Shown: one piece after another, positions 38,405 through 51,265 of the stretch | Layout of the letters: each line of letters begins with the position of its first letter | Numbering within the stretch: position 1 is the first letter of the stretch | The notes under the pieces: model-generated | The model's input: only the letters and a program-made list of their open reading frames with translations | What the model was told of the DNA's origin: nothing | The model's database searches: none | Position numbers and translations under genes: made by a program | Source: Isurus oxyrinchus | Taxonomy: Eukaryota | DNA length: 64,000 nucleotides | Direction of reading: 5' to 3' | Assembly (NCBI GenBank): GCA_026770705.1 | Contig: JANJGN010000041.1 | Coordinates: forward strand, 2,666,001-2,730,000

Positions 38405-41150
38405 GGAGTGCTAACTTGTATTTTCCCCACCTTTAGTTCACATTCTCGCCTCTTGCAATCTGCTCTCTTTTTAATTTCGCTTTATGTAACTTTTGACTGT
38501 TTAAATCTGAAGCATGTTGCATTTCTCTCTTCCCCTCACTCTTAACATAATTAACATGTCCTGCTTGAGATTTTAAGCTGTTCCTCACGAACAAATTTCG
38601 TTTTATTTTCATTAGTTTGGGACTGGTTATCTGTCTCCTTTACCCCATTCTCTCTCAGAGCCACTTACAAACAAATATAGCTTGGGACTCGCTCTCTGTC
38701 TCTTTTCAGTGACTTCTTTGGCAACATTCTTGAAAGCTAGCTGGACTCCAACAGCTTCCCACACAAGCTGCTGCATTTCATCCTCCGCGTGTGTCTGTGG
38801 GAGATACGTGCCTGCTTGGACCGCTGTTGCTAGGAAACAACGCTATTTTTTCTACACTTGTGTTTGCTTAACGAAAAAAGTCATGAAATTCCCTTACAAA
38901 TGCAAGTAACTGTTTAAACTGAAGCTAAAATTCATTTTGGCGTTCCATGTAACAAAAGTCCAGAAATAAAAATCACAATTAAACTTTAAAGCGTACACTC
39001 ACACCTAACACCTACAAATGCCAATGTAACCTGCTAAAATTATATATACTTGCTAACTTGTATGACGTTTTCTGATGATTCCTGTCAAACAGGTGAAATT
39101 TCCCTGTTCACATCCTCCTTCCCCTCTGATCTCCCACCTCCTTTACACCCAGATCCAGGGACCATCCTAACTCCAGAACCAAGGTAAAAATCTATTACAG
39201 AATCTGTTGATACTTCTCTGTAAGTATCGGAAAAGTCTTCCAGCTCAAGTATCTGCACAGTGGCCTTGTTTCAAAATGGATACTTCACATAATTTGTTCT
39301 TCTCGTTACAAATGTTCCTATGTGGACTATCTGCTCCCAGAATGAGCTCATTCACAGTTCCCCATGGGAACAAAACAGAAATATCAGGGCGATTCATGGG
39401 GCCAGAAGGTGCAAGTGTGAATGATGGACTCGTTCTCAATCAAATGCATTTTTCAATCTCTTACAGATGAGCAAAGAAAGATTTCAAGAGCAAAATAAGA
39501 TGCAATATATCATTAAACTAGACTGGAAAAACTGAGGGAGTGGGGTGTAATTTGAGCAGAGTGGAGTGTGGTGACTGAGGGGAATAGAATGTAGTGATTT
39601 AAGGGAGTGAGCTGTAGTGACGGAGGGCAGTGTGATGTGATGACTTATTGGAATGAGATGTATTGAATTAGTGGAGTGAGATATAGTGACTTAGCAGAGT
39701 GGGATTCAGTGACGGAGATGATTAGTTATGTAGTAAAGGAAAGGAGTGGGATGCAGTGACTAAGGGGAGAGTGATGTAGCAACTGAGTCAGTGGGAAGTA
39801 GCGACTGAGTGGTGGAATCCTAACTTAGATTTTCCTTATCTTTATTTCACATTCTCGCTTCTTGCAATCTGCGATCTCTTTACATGTGCTTCATGCAGCT
39901 TTTGACACTTTCAATCTGGAGCATGTTGCAATTCTCTCTTCCCCTCACTCTTACCTTATTGAACATGACCTGCTTGAGCCTTTGTCCTGTTCCACCCCAT
40001 AGATTTTGTGCTATTTTCTTCAGTTTGCGACTGGTTATCTGTTGCCTTTGCTCCAATTTGTCTGGCAGACATTTACAACCAATTTTAGCTTGCGACTAGC
40101 TATCTGCCTCTTTTCAGTGGCTTCATCTAGCAACATTCTTGAAAGCTGTCTGAGCTCCAACAGCTTCCCACACCAGCTGCTGTCTTTCTTCCTCTATGTG
40201 TGTCTGTGGGAGACACGTGCCTGCCTGGACCCATGTTGCATTATTTCATTGTACACTTGTGTTTGCTTAATGAATAATTTCTAAACGCTCTTTAGAAATG
40301 CAAGTACCTTTTTAAACTTAAAGCAAAATTTCGTTTTAAATTTCTTATCACACAACTACAGAAACACTAATCAAACTTAAACTTTAAAGCGAACACCTAC
40401 AAATACCAATGCAACCTACTTAAACTATATATATTTGCTAACATGTGTGACGTTTACTGAGGCTTCATGTCAACAGGTGAAATTTCCTTTTTCCCCCACT
40501 CCTCCCTTCCTCATCTCCCTCCTCCTTTATACCACGTGCAGGGACCTTCCCGACTCCAGAACCAAGGGAACAATCGATGAAAGAAGCCATTGATATTTCT
40601 CCTTCTGTATCAGCAAAGTCTTCAAGCTCAGGTATCTGCACAGTGAGCTGTTTCATAATAGATACTTCACTTAATTTGTTGTTCAAATCACACGTGCTTC
40701 GAAGTTGACTCTTTGTTCCCAGAATGAGCTCACTCACAGGACTCCATTGAGAGAAAATCTATATATATATCAGGGCAATTAATGGGGCCAGAACGTGGAA
40801 GTGTGAATGCAGGACTTGTTCTCAATCCAATACATTATTCAATTTCTTACAAACGGCAAGTGAAAGATATCTAATATTCCATTAAAATGGATTGCAGTGA
40901 CTGATGAAGTGGGGTGTAATCTCTTAGCAGAGTGGAGTTTGTTGACTGCGGCGAGTAGTATTTAGTGATTAAAGGGAGCAAAATGTACTGCCTGAGGGCA
41001 GTGTGATGTATTTGCTTAGCGGAGTGAGATATATTGACTTAGTGGAGTGATATATAGTGGCTTAATGGAGTGGGATGCAGTGACTGACAGGATTATTTAT
41101 ATAGTGAAGGAGAGGAGTGGGATGCAGTGACGGAGGGGAGTGTGATGTAC
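38405..41150. repeat. Tandem duplication of a ~1.4-kb unit (38405-39790 and 39812-41150)
   Basis: Colinear matches, e.g. CTAACTT(G/A)..TTTTCC..TTCACATTCTCGC.TCTTGCAATCTG at 38411 and 39820, CAACAGCTTCCCACAC at 38749 and 40158, and AACAGGTGAAATTTCC at 39088 and 40472. Confidence 0.85.
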
Positions 41151-42464
41151 TAATTCCTGTGTTGAAACGCATGAGGGAGCGCTGTGGGATGGAATTACTG
41201 ATGGGGTGGGATGCAAGGAATGAGGGGATTGAGATGGAGTAAGTTAGGGGAGCGGAAAGCAATCAGTGATGGGAATGGGAATCAGTCAGTGAGGGGTGTA
41301 AGATTTAGTGACTGAGCGGAGAGGTTTGTCTTTACTGAGGGAAGTGGGATAGAGCGAATGAGGGGATCTGGTAATAATGAGCGGAGATAGTGGGAATAGT
41401 GGGAGGTCAGTGAGGCGTAGGGACTCAGGGGACTGGGAGTTAGTTACTGGGGTACAATCAGGAGTGACAGAGAATAGGAGCATTGATATGTTTAAATTCT
41501 ATCATGAAGAATTGAAGCATTTTCTAAACTTTACTACCAGTTGCATGATCTATTGAGCTGATATGCGTTCTGCAATCTCCCATGTCTCCTATCTACATTT
41601 CTGATCCAGGCATAATACCAACTTTGGAATCTGAGTAGCAATCGACTCGAAATTCCACTCTTCCTGAAGCATCCAGCCCAAAAGGATGTGAAATATCAGG
41701 TATCAGTCTGGAGAGGATATTCTGCAGAAAATCTTCACACAATGTGATCGCTACAATCTGATACTGAGTAGTGTGAGATGTGCTGACTGAGGGGAGTGGA
41801 ATGCTGTGACTAAGGGGAATGGCATCTAGTCAGTAGGGGCAGTGGGCTTTATTCACTGAGGGGATTGGCATGTAGTCAGTGGTATAATCGGATGCATTGA
41901 GGGAGGGCCAAGTGTGTATTTGTTGAGGTGAGTGGGACACAGACTAAGGGGAGTGGGATGCAATGACTGAGGGGTTTGGGGCGCAGTGAGCGAGGGGAGC
42001 CAGCCAGAATGAAAGAGGGGTCTTGGACGTAGTCATTGTGGGGAGTGGGATGCAGTAAATAAGGAGAGTTAGACGCAGTGAATCAGCACATTGGAATTCT
42101 GTGATTGAGGGTATTTTGTATAAATACCCTAATCCAGTCCCTTTTCCCTCTTCCTCTGTTTCCACTCACAACTCTTTACACTCACTCTTGTTTCAATCTC
42201 TCATGGCTTACTTCAGTAGTTTGTCGCTTGTCCTCACACTCCTGTTCCCCGCTCCATGCTGAAGGTTTAGTGTTCCTGGTTTCTCCCACTATTTGGAGAG
42301 TTTGGGCCAGCCGACTTTATTTCTCAGTTGAAATGTAGATGATTCTGCAGCTGAGGATTTCTGACGAATCCCTTGGTGAGTAATGCTAATGAATGATTCG
42401 CTGTGGCAAAACAGTGATAACAGGTTAAATAGGAAGTGAGGATGTCCAGAATGCAAGATCAGAA

Positions 42465-42620
42465 GTAATACGAGCAGAAGTAAACCATTCAACACTACAA
42501 GCATGTTCCACCATTCAATATGATCGTAGCTGATCTTGGGATTTACCACAACTTTCCTGCTCACTCCCCATATCCATTTATTCCTTGAGTCACCAAAACC
42601 TTGTCTATCTCAGTATTGGA
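42465..42620 (-). mobile_element. CR1 3' tail fragment
   Basis: GAGCAGAAGTAAACCATTCAACAC..CCACCATTCAATATGATCGTAGCTGATC..CCCATATCC..TCTATCTCAG. Confidence 0.6.
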
Positions 42621-42689
42621 AAATTTTAGAAAGCCATTCATTGCACTGATTAAGCAGTCCGAATCTCTGTCAAACCCCTGTCTTTCCGG

Positions 42690-42930
42690 AATGTCCCTTT
42701 AGGGAAGGCAATCTGCCATTCTTCCCAGGCCTGGATGCTATGTGACTCCAGTTCCACAATAATGTGACTGGCTCCTAACTGTCCTCTGATATGGCCCAGA
42801 CAGCCATGCAGTTGTATCAGGTCGCTACAGAGAAGGGAGATCGCACGGGCTGCAGCAGTGAAATAACGCACCAACCCACCAAGTTCAGTTATGGGTGGCT
42901 AATAAATGTGACCTTGCCGTGATGCAGACA
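42690..42930 (+). mobile_element. SINE 3' half
   Basis: ATGTCCCTTTAGGGAAGGCAATCTGCC..TGTGACTCCAG..GGCTAATAAATG..GCCGTGATGC. Confidence 0.6.
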
Positions 42931-43599
42931 CAAAACATATTAAAACACAACAAAACAGGGTGTTTGCTTTGTGTGAAATCAATGGAAACACGGCCTGCAG
43001 CTTTGTAAACATTTACTCAGCATCAGTCTCAATTTTCTGTCTCTGTGTCACTTGTGGCTTCATCTCTCTGTCTGCCTCTCCCTCTCTGTCCCTTTCTTTT
43101 TTTCTCTGACAAGACGTAAACATGGGATGAAAATGATATAAGAAGAGGTAACAAGGGGCTGACATTGAAGAGTAAGTATTCCGAACGGTAATACAGGAAG
43201 TGTAGAATTGAGACAAAATGGAGTGTGATGAAGAGATATATGGAGAGAGAAAATGGTAAAAGGGGATGATAAGTTGGATTACAGGAAGAAGATCTTAAAC
43301 GTAAGTGATTTTTCAAAATACAATATGTGCCCCTTTTGAAATTCAGGGTATGCCTAACCTGCTGCGTTTCTAACTGTGTTGTTAGTTAGTAAGTTCAAGA
43401 CCGTCGAGATGAAGGTCACTTCAGTACGAGGGCTCAAGGAAGAGTGAGCGAGCGACATCATTATGGATCGGGTGAGAGACTGCACTGCACGCAGGACAAA
43501 CATAACATAAACCTGTTCGTGCCTTTCAGACTCTGCATTCACTGATCGGGAGCACCCCACTTAGATAACTTTTCCAATTTCCAGTCTGGTTATTCTACT

Positions 43600-44040
43600 G
43601 TCCATTGATCAGAAACTGAACTGGACTCGCCAATAAATACTGTGGCTACAAAAGTCGGTCAGAGGCTGGGAATCGTGCGGCGAGCAACACACCTCCTGAC
43701 CCCACCAAAGGCCATCCACTACGTACAAGGCACATGTCAGGCATGTGAGTGTTTCCTCTCCGTTTGCCTGGGTGACTGCAGCTCAAACAACACTCAAGAA
43801 GCTTAAAACGTTCAAGACAAATCAGCCCCGCTTGTTTTCCCCCCACCAGCTACTATAATGCACACCTTCCATCACTGTCACATAGTAGCAGTGTGTGTAC
43901 CATCTACAAGATGCACTGCATGAATTCACCGAGGCTCCTTAGATAGCACCTTCGAAACTTACGACCACTACCATCTAGAAAGACAAGGGCAGTAGACACT
44001 GGGGAACACCACCACCTGGAAGCCCACATCCCACGTATGA
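43600..44040 (+). mobile_element. CR1/L2-group LINE 3' fragment
   Basis: CCATTGATCAGAAACTGAACTGGACTCGCCAATAAATACTGTGGCTACAAAAGTCGGTCAGAGGCTGGGAATC (IDQKLNWT.HINTVATR.GQRLGI). Confidence 0.8.
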
Positions 44041-44059
44041 ATTTTTTGGAAAATGAGCT

Positions 44060-44600
44060 TTTTTCTCATGATCAATCCACTTCTCTCACATCCAGTCATC
44101 TTGCCCAATGCCTCCCTTGATTGTGCCACTCATTCATCATTTCTTCCGTTTGTGGCAGCTCCAGAAGAATCAATGTATAATCGGTTTTAAGCACAAAGAC
44201 ATTCAATGCTCCTGTCTGCACCATCCAGAATCGTGAAAGATATGGAGAGTGTCACCAAGCAGCCATGACCCTATCTCCTTGTGCTTTACAAACCTGCTCG
44301 ATGACAGCTCTGCTTTACCTTTAGCTTAACACAATGAATCTGTCAGCAAAATGATCATCTAATAGACATGCATGATTCTGATACCACAATTGATTCAGCT
44401 CCACACTGCAAGAGTGGGGGAGTTCTTCAACTGTTGCTTTGTTAAAGATAAAATGAGGACCCTCTGTTAGATCATTGATCTCTGGTCAGATTGAAAGCAG
44501 ACTGACCCGCTGGTTCATGCCCGTTTCAGGGTTGAAGTGATCTCCTGTTTAATGAAGGTTTTCGTTTAAAGATCTCAAAATGTGCACAGGCCCTAAAGTT
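44060..44600 (-). mobile_element. Possible heavily decayed RTE-type RT fragment
   Basis: Minus strand shows LLDD-like and 'EA.G.M..VW'-like remnants with the spacing expected after an RTE YADD motif. Confidence 0.3.
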
Positions 44601-46693
44601 TCATTGAACTGTCAACACTGTGAATGGGCAGAGGGAGAACAGTTAGTCGCTTGTTGATGGACAGCCTCTGGTCTTTACAATGTTTTTTTTATATTCAATG
44701 TTTCTGTAGAATGGGGGAATAACATGATGCTGGGCTTTTCAGAATCAAAAATAGGCTCACAAGTCAAGGTTTTATTAAATGTAAGGGTAATATTGTTTGA
44801 CAATAGCTGAGTTAGTTCTGCTGTAGAAATTTACGATGATATTGGTGTGCCAGTAAGAAAATGTAAGGGGAGCAGCTGAATTAAGCGAAGTGACTGAGAA
44901 GAGGTGGATTCTTTACGGGAATTATATTCATGAGGAAGTGAACAGTAAGGATTTTTGTTTAAATTTTCACTGACGACCATCAATAAGAATATTGTGAAAT
45001 GACGCACTGACCATAATGGGTAATCCTATCAAACAGCCCAGGTCAGCAAGCTGAGCTTCTATTGATGCGCAATCAGAACAGGAAATCTCGCAGCTCGAAA
45101 GGCATTAATAAAGTGGCAGATTGCAATCAGCATTCCAATTGAAAGGGTTTGAGCGTCTGAATACTGAGTTTACAACGAGAACATGTTTGCATCACTGATA
45201 CCCCACTCTGATGTGAAATCTGTCTGAATTTAAACTTTGTGTGTAATTGCTATTGCTTGATTGGTGTGCTCAATCAATTACTGAACGCGTAACTTGAACG
45301 TTTTAGCAAAGTCTTTCAACTTTTCATGGAATGGCTGGATCACCTGGCACCTTTTTCTATAACTTTCTATTTGAAGGCTGCTCACTGTGTGGCGAGGGTC
45401 AGTATCAGGAAGGCATGGGAGTGTCATTGATGAGCTGGTTCCACATTCCCAGCTCCCAGGGTCAAAGACTCTTCTCAAAATCATTTCACTGTTTTCTGAT
45501 TAAAGTGATACAACCCTACCCTTTGCTGGAAGCTCACCACCTCCACAGGCGCTGCTCTTAACCAATTCAGAGATGTTCAATTGCTGCATGGCTGCATCTG
45601 GAAACATATAAATGAAGTATGAATATGGAACAATTTTGAAAGGCATTGAAGTTTGCAGTGGGGTGCAAAATTCACTCGGTTGGTGCATTTGCTATTTTAC
45701 CAGCTGACCCTTGGCACAAGCGCTCTCTTCATTCTCCACTGGAGATAGGGGCTGGAGATGGTACTTGGCGATTATGTCAGACAGCAAAGTGCACATTTGG
45801 TTCAGTAATCAGGCTGTAATCGCGTTCAGAATGGAAGTCGATAAACGTTGCTGTACTCTGTAAATCCTGCACAATACATTGGCAATGTTTAACCCGACAG
45901 CTTGATCTTGTTAAAGGTGTTCATTAAATATGTCTTCAAGGTAATTTTCTCAATTTCCCTCAGATTCTTTGTCAATGGAAAATATATTGAAAACACAAAC
46001 AGAGTATGCGACAAATATTATTGTTACCTGTACATTTATGAGAGCCCTCCAGTCGTGAACCTTTTTTTTCACATCCTATCCCACAATATCCTTGGTTTAT
46101 CTCAGTCTTCCCCATGGAACCTCTAGTAGAATGAGCGTCACGCAGTCTACCTGGCGTGACTGTACCTCATACTGTTCTTATTTCCCTGCAGGGCGACGGT
46201 GGCATTAACCACCCCCTCCACATCTAGGCCCAAATGTATGAGGGCCATAGAGTGTGACAGCTGACTCCAAGTTTGGCGAGTGTCTTTTGGCCACCCCAGT
46301 GGCCATGAGCACGGATATTAGCTTGACACTTTCCCATCGAGAGAGAGCCCTCCCCACCTTTTTTCACCAGAATCACAAAATCCGCTCGTCCCTCTGCCAA
46401 CCAAGCCAGAGGGAATGTCCTGCTCTACCTCCACAGCGACAGACCCTACTCCTCACTGACACTCCAGCGACAAGCCCCATTCCCCCTCTGTTGCCATAGC
46501 AAAAGCACCAGCCTTTCCTCATGGTTTTAGAGACCTGCCCGCTCTATAACCATAGTCAAAGGCACCACTACCCCCTTCTCACCAGAGCATTAGGCGACAG
46601 TGCGGGACTGGACCAATCCCCATTCTGTAGCAACAGCGGCAGCTCACATCCCTGCCGGAAGAAATAAATCAAATGGTAAAATATTGGAAACTC

Positions 46694-47613
46694 TCAGTGA
46701 TTTAATTCTTCAAAGCATTGAAAGCTTCGAAATATTGGAGTACAGGGATATTTCAGCACATTCTTGAAATGCTCCCTGAACATTTTCTGGTCCACGGCGT
46801 AATTACAAGTGTTTGTGCAGCAGCTCAGGAGCTGCAGCATGAAGCCCAATTCCTGCACATAGTCATCCATCCATAGAGATGGTGGCATCATTTAAAGCGT
46901 CCTCCTCCATATAGAAAACACCAGTAACATCACCCACAACAGGATAAAATTGGCCGAGGTAGCAAACAGCAAAATTATGGATATCCTCCAACTCTCCATC
47001 TCTGGGTCTCTGGCACTCTCCCCGCTCTTCTGCGCCCGGACTCTCCTGTAGGCTCTGCTCTTCACTAAAATGCATCTGACTGTGAAAACGCTGAGCATCA
47101 GAATGAGGACAAATGGAGCGCAAGGTGTTAGAATGTGATGGAGGAATTCTATCGTTACCCAGGCCTTAAAGAGCTGAACCTCTCTTATCACAATACAAAA
47201 CCAGAGTTTGTTCATCAGCAAATACCAACATGATAACATGAAATACCAGAAAACATTCAGTAAAAAGCTCAGCACAGTCATGCTTCCCAGGACCCCAGCT
47301 GCCGTTTTCTCACTGCAATATTTACTTTTCAGCTTCTCACAACAAATGGCCACAAACCGATCAAAGGTGAAAGAGAAGGTGATCCAGACAGAACAGTCAA
47401 TGGCTGCATAAAGCAGGACAGCATTGATATTACAGACACTCATGGCCCACAGGAAATTAAAATATTCTGAATAAACAATCGGAATGTGTCTCAATATCAG
47501 GTCCAAAATAATCACCAGGAGATCTGCCGCTGCATTGAACACCAGGTAGCAACTGACACATTTGGAGTGGAAACAATTTCTCCGAGTTAAGATGACAATC
47601 GTCAATAGGTTTA
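46694..47613 (-). pseudogene. GPR139/GPR142-like GPCR exon 2 with an in-frame premature stop
   Basis: Intact acceptor TTCTCTGTTCCTTGCAG (AG at 47615-47614), phase 1. Reads NLLTIVILTRRNC..AAADLLV..DCSVWITFSFTFDRFVAIC..ESWRISIILL, then TAA at 46894-46892 after TM6. The same frame continues with ELGFMLQLLSCCTNTC..FREHFK. Confidence 0.88.
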
Positions 47614-47932
47614 CTGCAAGGAACAGAGAAAATGGTGGAATTATGCAAGAAGCTTAAATAAAAAAAAATGTTTGACTGAAGGCGCTGAAATGTTCTACTA
47701 TGTTGCTGCATCAAGTGACCTATTGAAAGAGCTGTAGATGGACTAGTAAAGTGAAATGACTGTTATATGGTGGAAGAGAGAATAGATGAAATATACTGAA
47801 ATTGCAGAATTCGATGCTACTCATCACCCTGTTGTCTTTGCTTATCTCGAAGCACTTCTAATTTTGATAGAATAGAGTAAATCAGCTAAACATGATTCAT
47901 GGAAGTAACAGTCATATACAGTGAGACTGAGA

Positions 47933-48185
47933 AAGGGACACCAATAATAGCGAGTTTGGGATATTAACCCGCCTGATTAACCGGGAATGCGTAAATGGTC
48001 TGGCGCTCCACTGCAATCCAATTATAATATGTACATAGTTAATAAAGCACCATCAATAAATTCCTGCTCATTGTTGTAACATTCCAATCTAACGTATTAG
48101 ATTCTAATCCATTGTTGTAACATTTCAATCTATTGTTTTCACATCCTGCTCCATTGTAGGGACATTCCATACTATTGTTCTCAGG
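47933..48185 (-). pseudogene. Decayed exon 1 of the GPCR pseudogene, with 21-bp N-terminal repeats
   Basis: Reads LRTIVWNVPTMEQDVKTID*NVTTMD*NL / DWNVTTMSRNLL..*..*YPKLAIIGVP. Several stops, one frameshift, and no GT donor after GVP. Confidence 0.75.
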
Positions 48186-49056
48186 ACTGTGATGTACTCT
48201 CCCCCTCTCTTGGAACAGCACATCCCGGTTAGTAAGGGTTGAATCTTCCAATCACATTGAGCTAACACATTGAAGCGACTCCATTCTTAACATTTTAAGG
48301 CAGGATCCATGGAGGCTGAGATTAATTCCAGCCACTGAACAGACAGATCCAATTAACCCTTTCAATCCAATTCTTTATGCATCACACTCAGTTGGTAGAT
48401 TTACCTGTTCCAAGTGGGATATATGAGAATTTTTGAGTGACGGATTAGCGTAAATAAAGGATGCAGAAGTAGAACACCAGGCAAATTTTGAAGTTGTTCA
48501 ATAAAGGGAAAACTGGAGTGGATATAAGCAATTCATCAAATATAGCTAGGTTCAACTTTTAGATTACTCAAATAATAATATAGAAAATATATCAATCGTT
48601 AAAGTGGCAGTGACCAGGACTGAAAAATCAGAGGCTGCATAAAACATGAGAGTTTGGATATTATTTTTTATATAAATGGCCCAACATTAGATGATGCAGC
48701 AATGCAGAGCTTTAATCTGACCGGTTGATTGAGGGTTGGTTTACTTATTTCAGTGGAAATGGACTCTGCTGTTTGGATTGCTGCAATATTAATGTACATT
48801 TGCCACATTCGTAACTCATTTTGAGGTACGACTTGTATTGGTGGTTTATTGCAAAGCAGATATTAAGAAACATTGAGTAGCCAAAAGTATTGAAAAACAA
48901 CACATTTTTCCAGAGAATAGCGGAGTCATGAGAACAACGGTTTGAAGACATACTTTCATACGACAAGGCGTTTACAAAATTGAACGAAATTATTTTAAAC
49001 TTGTAACTTATTCCTGCCTGAACAATAATTTGTGTGTTTATGACCCTTCCTCACAA

Positions 49057-49952
49057 TTAACATAATGACGATATTGATTCTTTGTCGGGAAAGTCTGGTT
49101 TCTCGAAATGTATCATTTACTAACTTGTGGCTTTGCAAGGGGCAGATCTACAGGTCGTTATCAACGAACTGATAGTGAGGCATCTTCCATTCGTTATAAA
49201 ATCGAATTTATGTTCCTGTTTTTTCTTGTTGTGAGTAATAACCAAGCTGTTCTGCTTTATGCAGTCACAAAGTGCTCTGTCTTGTTCACTGTCACGATTA
49301 CATTCAATGGATTTCTGGCTATTTGATTGTGTAAGTTGAGAGCAAAATGTTACACTGAGAAAAGTGCCTCTGGGGTTCTGGGAACAGACATTTTTTGAGC
49401 TGTTTGAGGAATCTTTTCTGATATTTTATGTATACGGCTCAGTATTGGCTCTTCAATTTCCCCCGATTTAGTGTTCTGACATCGGATGCTCAGAATTCAC
49501 GGGTTTGGGTAGCAATTGACTTTCTTCATTACATTGTGACGCAGGGTGTCACATTTTCCTGATTCTAGCGCTCAATGCTTTAACAGTCAGCTATATTTTC
49601 GTGGTGTGCAGAGCCCGCAGGAAAATCGGGGCTTACAGCTGTAAAGTGTCCCAGAGACCCAGAGCTGGAGAGTAGAAAGAAGTAGATAATTTTACTCTTG
49701 GTTATTTAAAGAAATTGCACTCTGTTATGGGCTGGATTAATGATGTTTTTTATATGGTGGGGAATGGGAGCTTTAGGCTACAGTTCTGCAAATGCACTTC
49801 TTTATATTCGAGAAATATGCTTCATGCTGCAGCTACTGAGCTGCTGCCCAAATATTGGTTTTTATGAAGTGATCTAAACTAATTCAGAGAGCAGCTGAAG
49901 GCTGTGCTGAAATATTTTTTTTCCTACAATTGTAAAACTGATTGAATGCTGA
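49057..49952 (+). pseudogene. Heavily decayed GPR139-like exon 2 on the opposite strand
   Basis: NIMTILILCR..SGFSKCIIY*LVALQGADLQVVI..RHLP, CSVLFTVTITFNGFLAI, RDPELESRKK, CFMLQLLSCCPN, FREQLKAVLKY. Many stops and frameshifts; acceptor AG is mutated to AA (49055-49056). Confidence 0.85.
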
Positions 49953-50699
49953 GCTGAATCGAATGACCTCATAAACAGAACACACACTCCTCATATTCTG
50001 CCGAAACCACTCTCCACAGCAGGCTCAGTGATAGAGGCTAATAATTGGACTCTTACTGAGACAGGCTGAGCATCCTCGGCCACTGTCAGAGAAACATTAT
50101 GATCTGAAAGCACCCCGGCTACCATGTGGATTAGATGTTGGACTTTAAGAGGGCCAGCAACAATACGGTGGAGTCTGGAGTATTGTGTCTCATTCCGAGA
50201 GCCACAGTTTGGCAAAGACTTGGTAAAAATGCAGAGATGATTTTCTGTAATGCTACCGGAGATCCAGGTGTTGTGCAAAAGCAGGGTTTGATCTATTTCG
50301 AGCAGTAAAGATCAGGGGGAGAGATTACAAATCCTTAAGCTCTTTGACAGAGCGGTAAAAGTGACATTTCTTACAGTATCAGTAAGCTGGTTTGCACTTT
50401 TATTCTTTGAAACCAGGTTTCCCTGGAGTTGGCATCAGTGACTGAGGGGAGAGATACAGAGGCAAAGAAAACCAATTTAACAATGCAATTCAATAAGATC
50501 AGAAGGGGAGAAATGGATTGGGATGGAGAAGTATAATTGGACACACTTCGAGTAAGAGACCATTTAGTGGCACCAATGGAATAATGAAAATGTTCACTAT
50601 CGAGCTGCCAGCCCATGTCAATTACTGTGCACACGGATGATGGTTAACTGGGATTTGGTTTCAGTTCCGTTACAGGCTGCGGGATGTTCCATCTGCTGA

Positions 50700-51140
50700 A
50701 ATTTATTAAAGTGTATAACTGGGAGATGGTGTTTGAGCAAAGGGGGGCGGATGCGGGGAGTAGAGTCTGGCTCGAATGACATTTTTATAGAGGAGTAGCT
50801 GGGTCTGCATTTAGATAGCTCTGAAATTGAAAACATGGCCAGATTGCGGGTTTATGTAGGTGCTGGGACGAGGCACGTTTGGAGATAAGTGATATCAGGG
50901 CGTTGATCGTTGGCAGGGTTTCTGAAATGGGGTATATGAGGGCGGAACTCGACTCAGGTCAATCAGCAAACTCTCGGGATGAAAATGAGACAATGGATGG
51001 GGCCACGGGGCAGCGAAGGTGTGGGGTGCGTCTTTATGGAGTGTGTGTGGATGGAGGACAGACTTTATGACGCAGGCCGATAACACTGGCTTCAATCCGA
51101 ACGAGGTTCACCTGTAAAATAATTAAGAGGATCAGCTATT
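50700..51140 (-). mobile_element. L2-type LINE fragment
   Basis: The ATAACACTGGCTTC..CACCTGTAAAATAATT region corresponds to an LQLN..KTEAI-like RT C-terminal motif on the minus strand. Confidence 0.4.
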
Positions 51141-51265
51141 CAGTGAAATGTGGCTTCCAGATCGAATAGCTGGGTACAGAGACATTCAAGGGATATCAAC
51201 TGAACCAAAGGTACCAAAAGTGAATTGGTAGAACAACATTGCAATTGAACAGTTGAGAGAGATAC

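Larger units (their letters stand above)
36460..42115. repeat. Interrupted 23-bp G-rich minisatellite (GTGACTGAGGGGAGTGGGATGTA)n
   Basis: Arrays at about 36460-36830, 38050-38405, 39530-39810, 40890-41480 and 41760-42115, separated by non-satellite inserts. Confidence 0.8.

Noticed and set aside
36460-42115. Regularly spaced repeats as a CRISPR-like array
   Set aside because: Units are head-to-tail and degenerate with no unique spacers, the context is eukaryotic, and no cas genes are present.
44970-45005. CTGACGA...GAAA hammerhead-like spacing
   Set aside because: No properly closing stem II next to the core boxes and no stem III/NUH arrangement.
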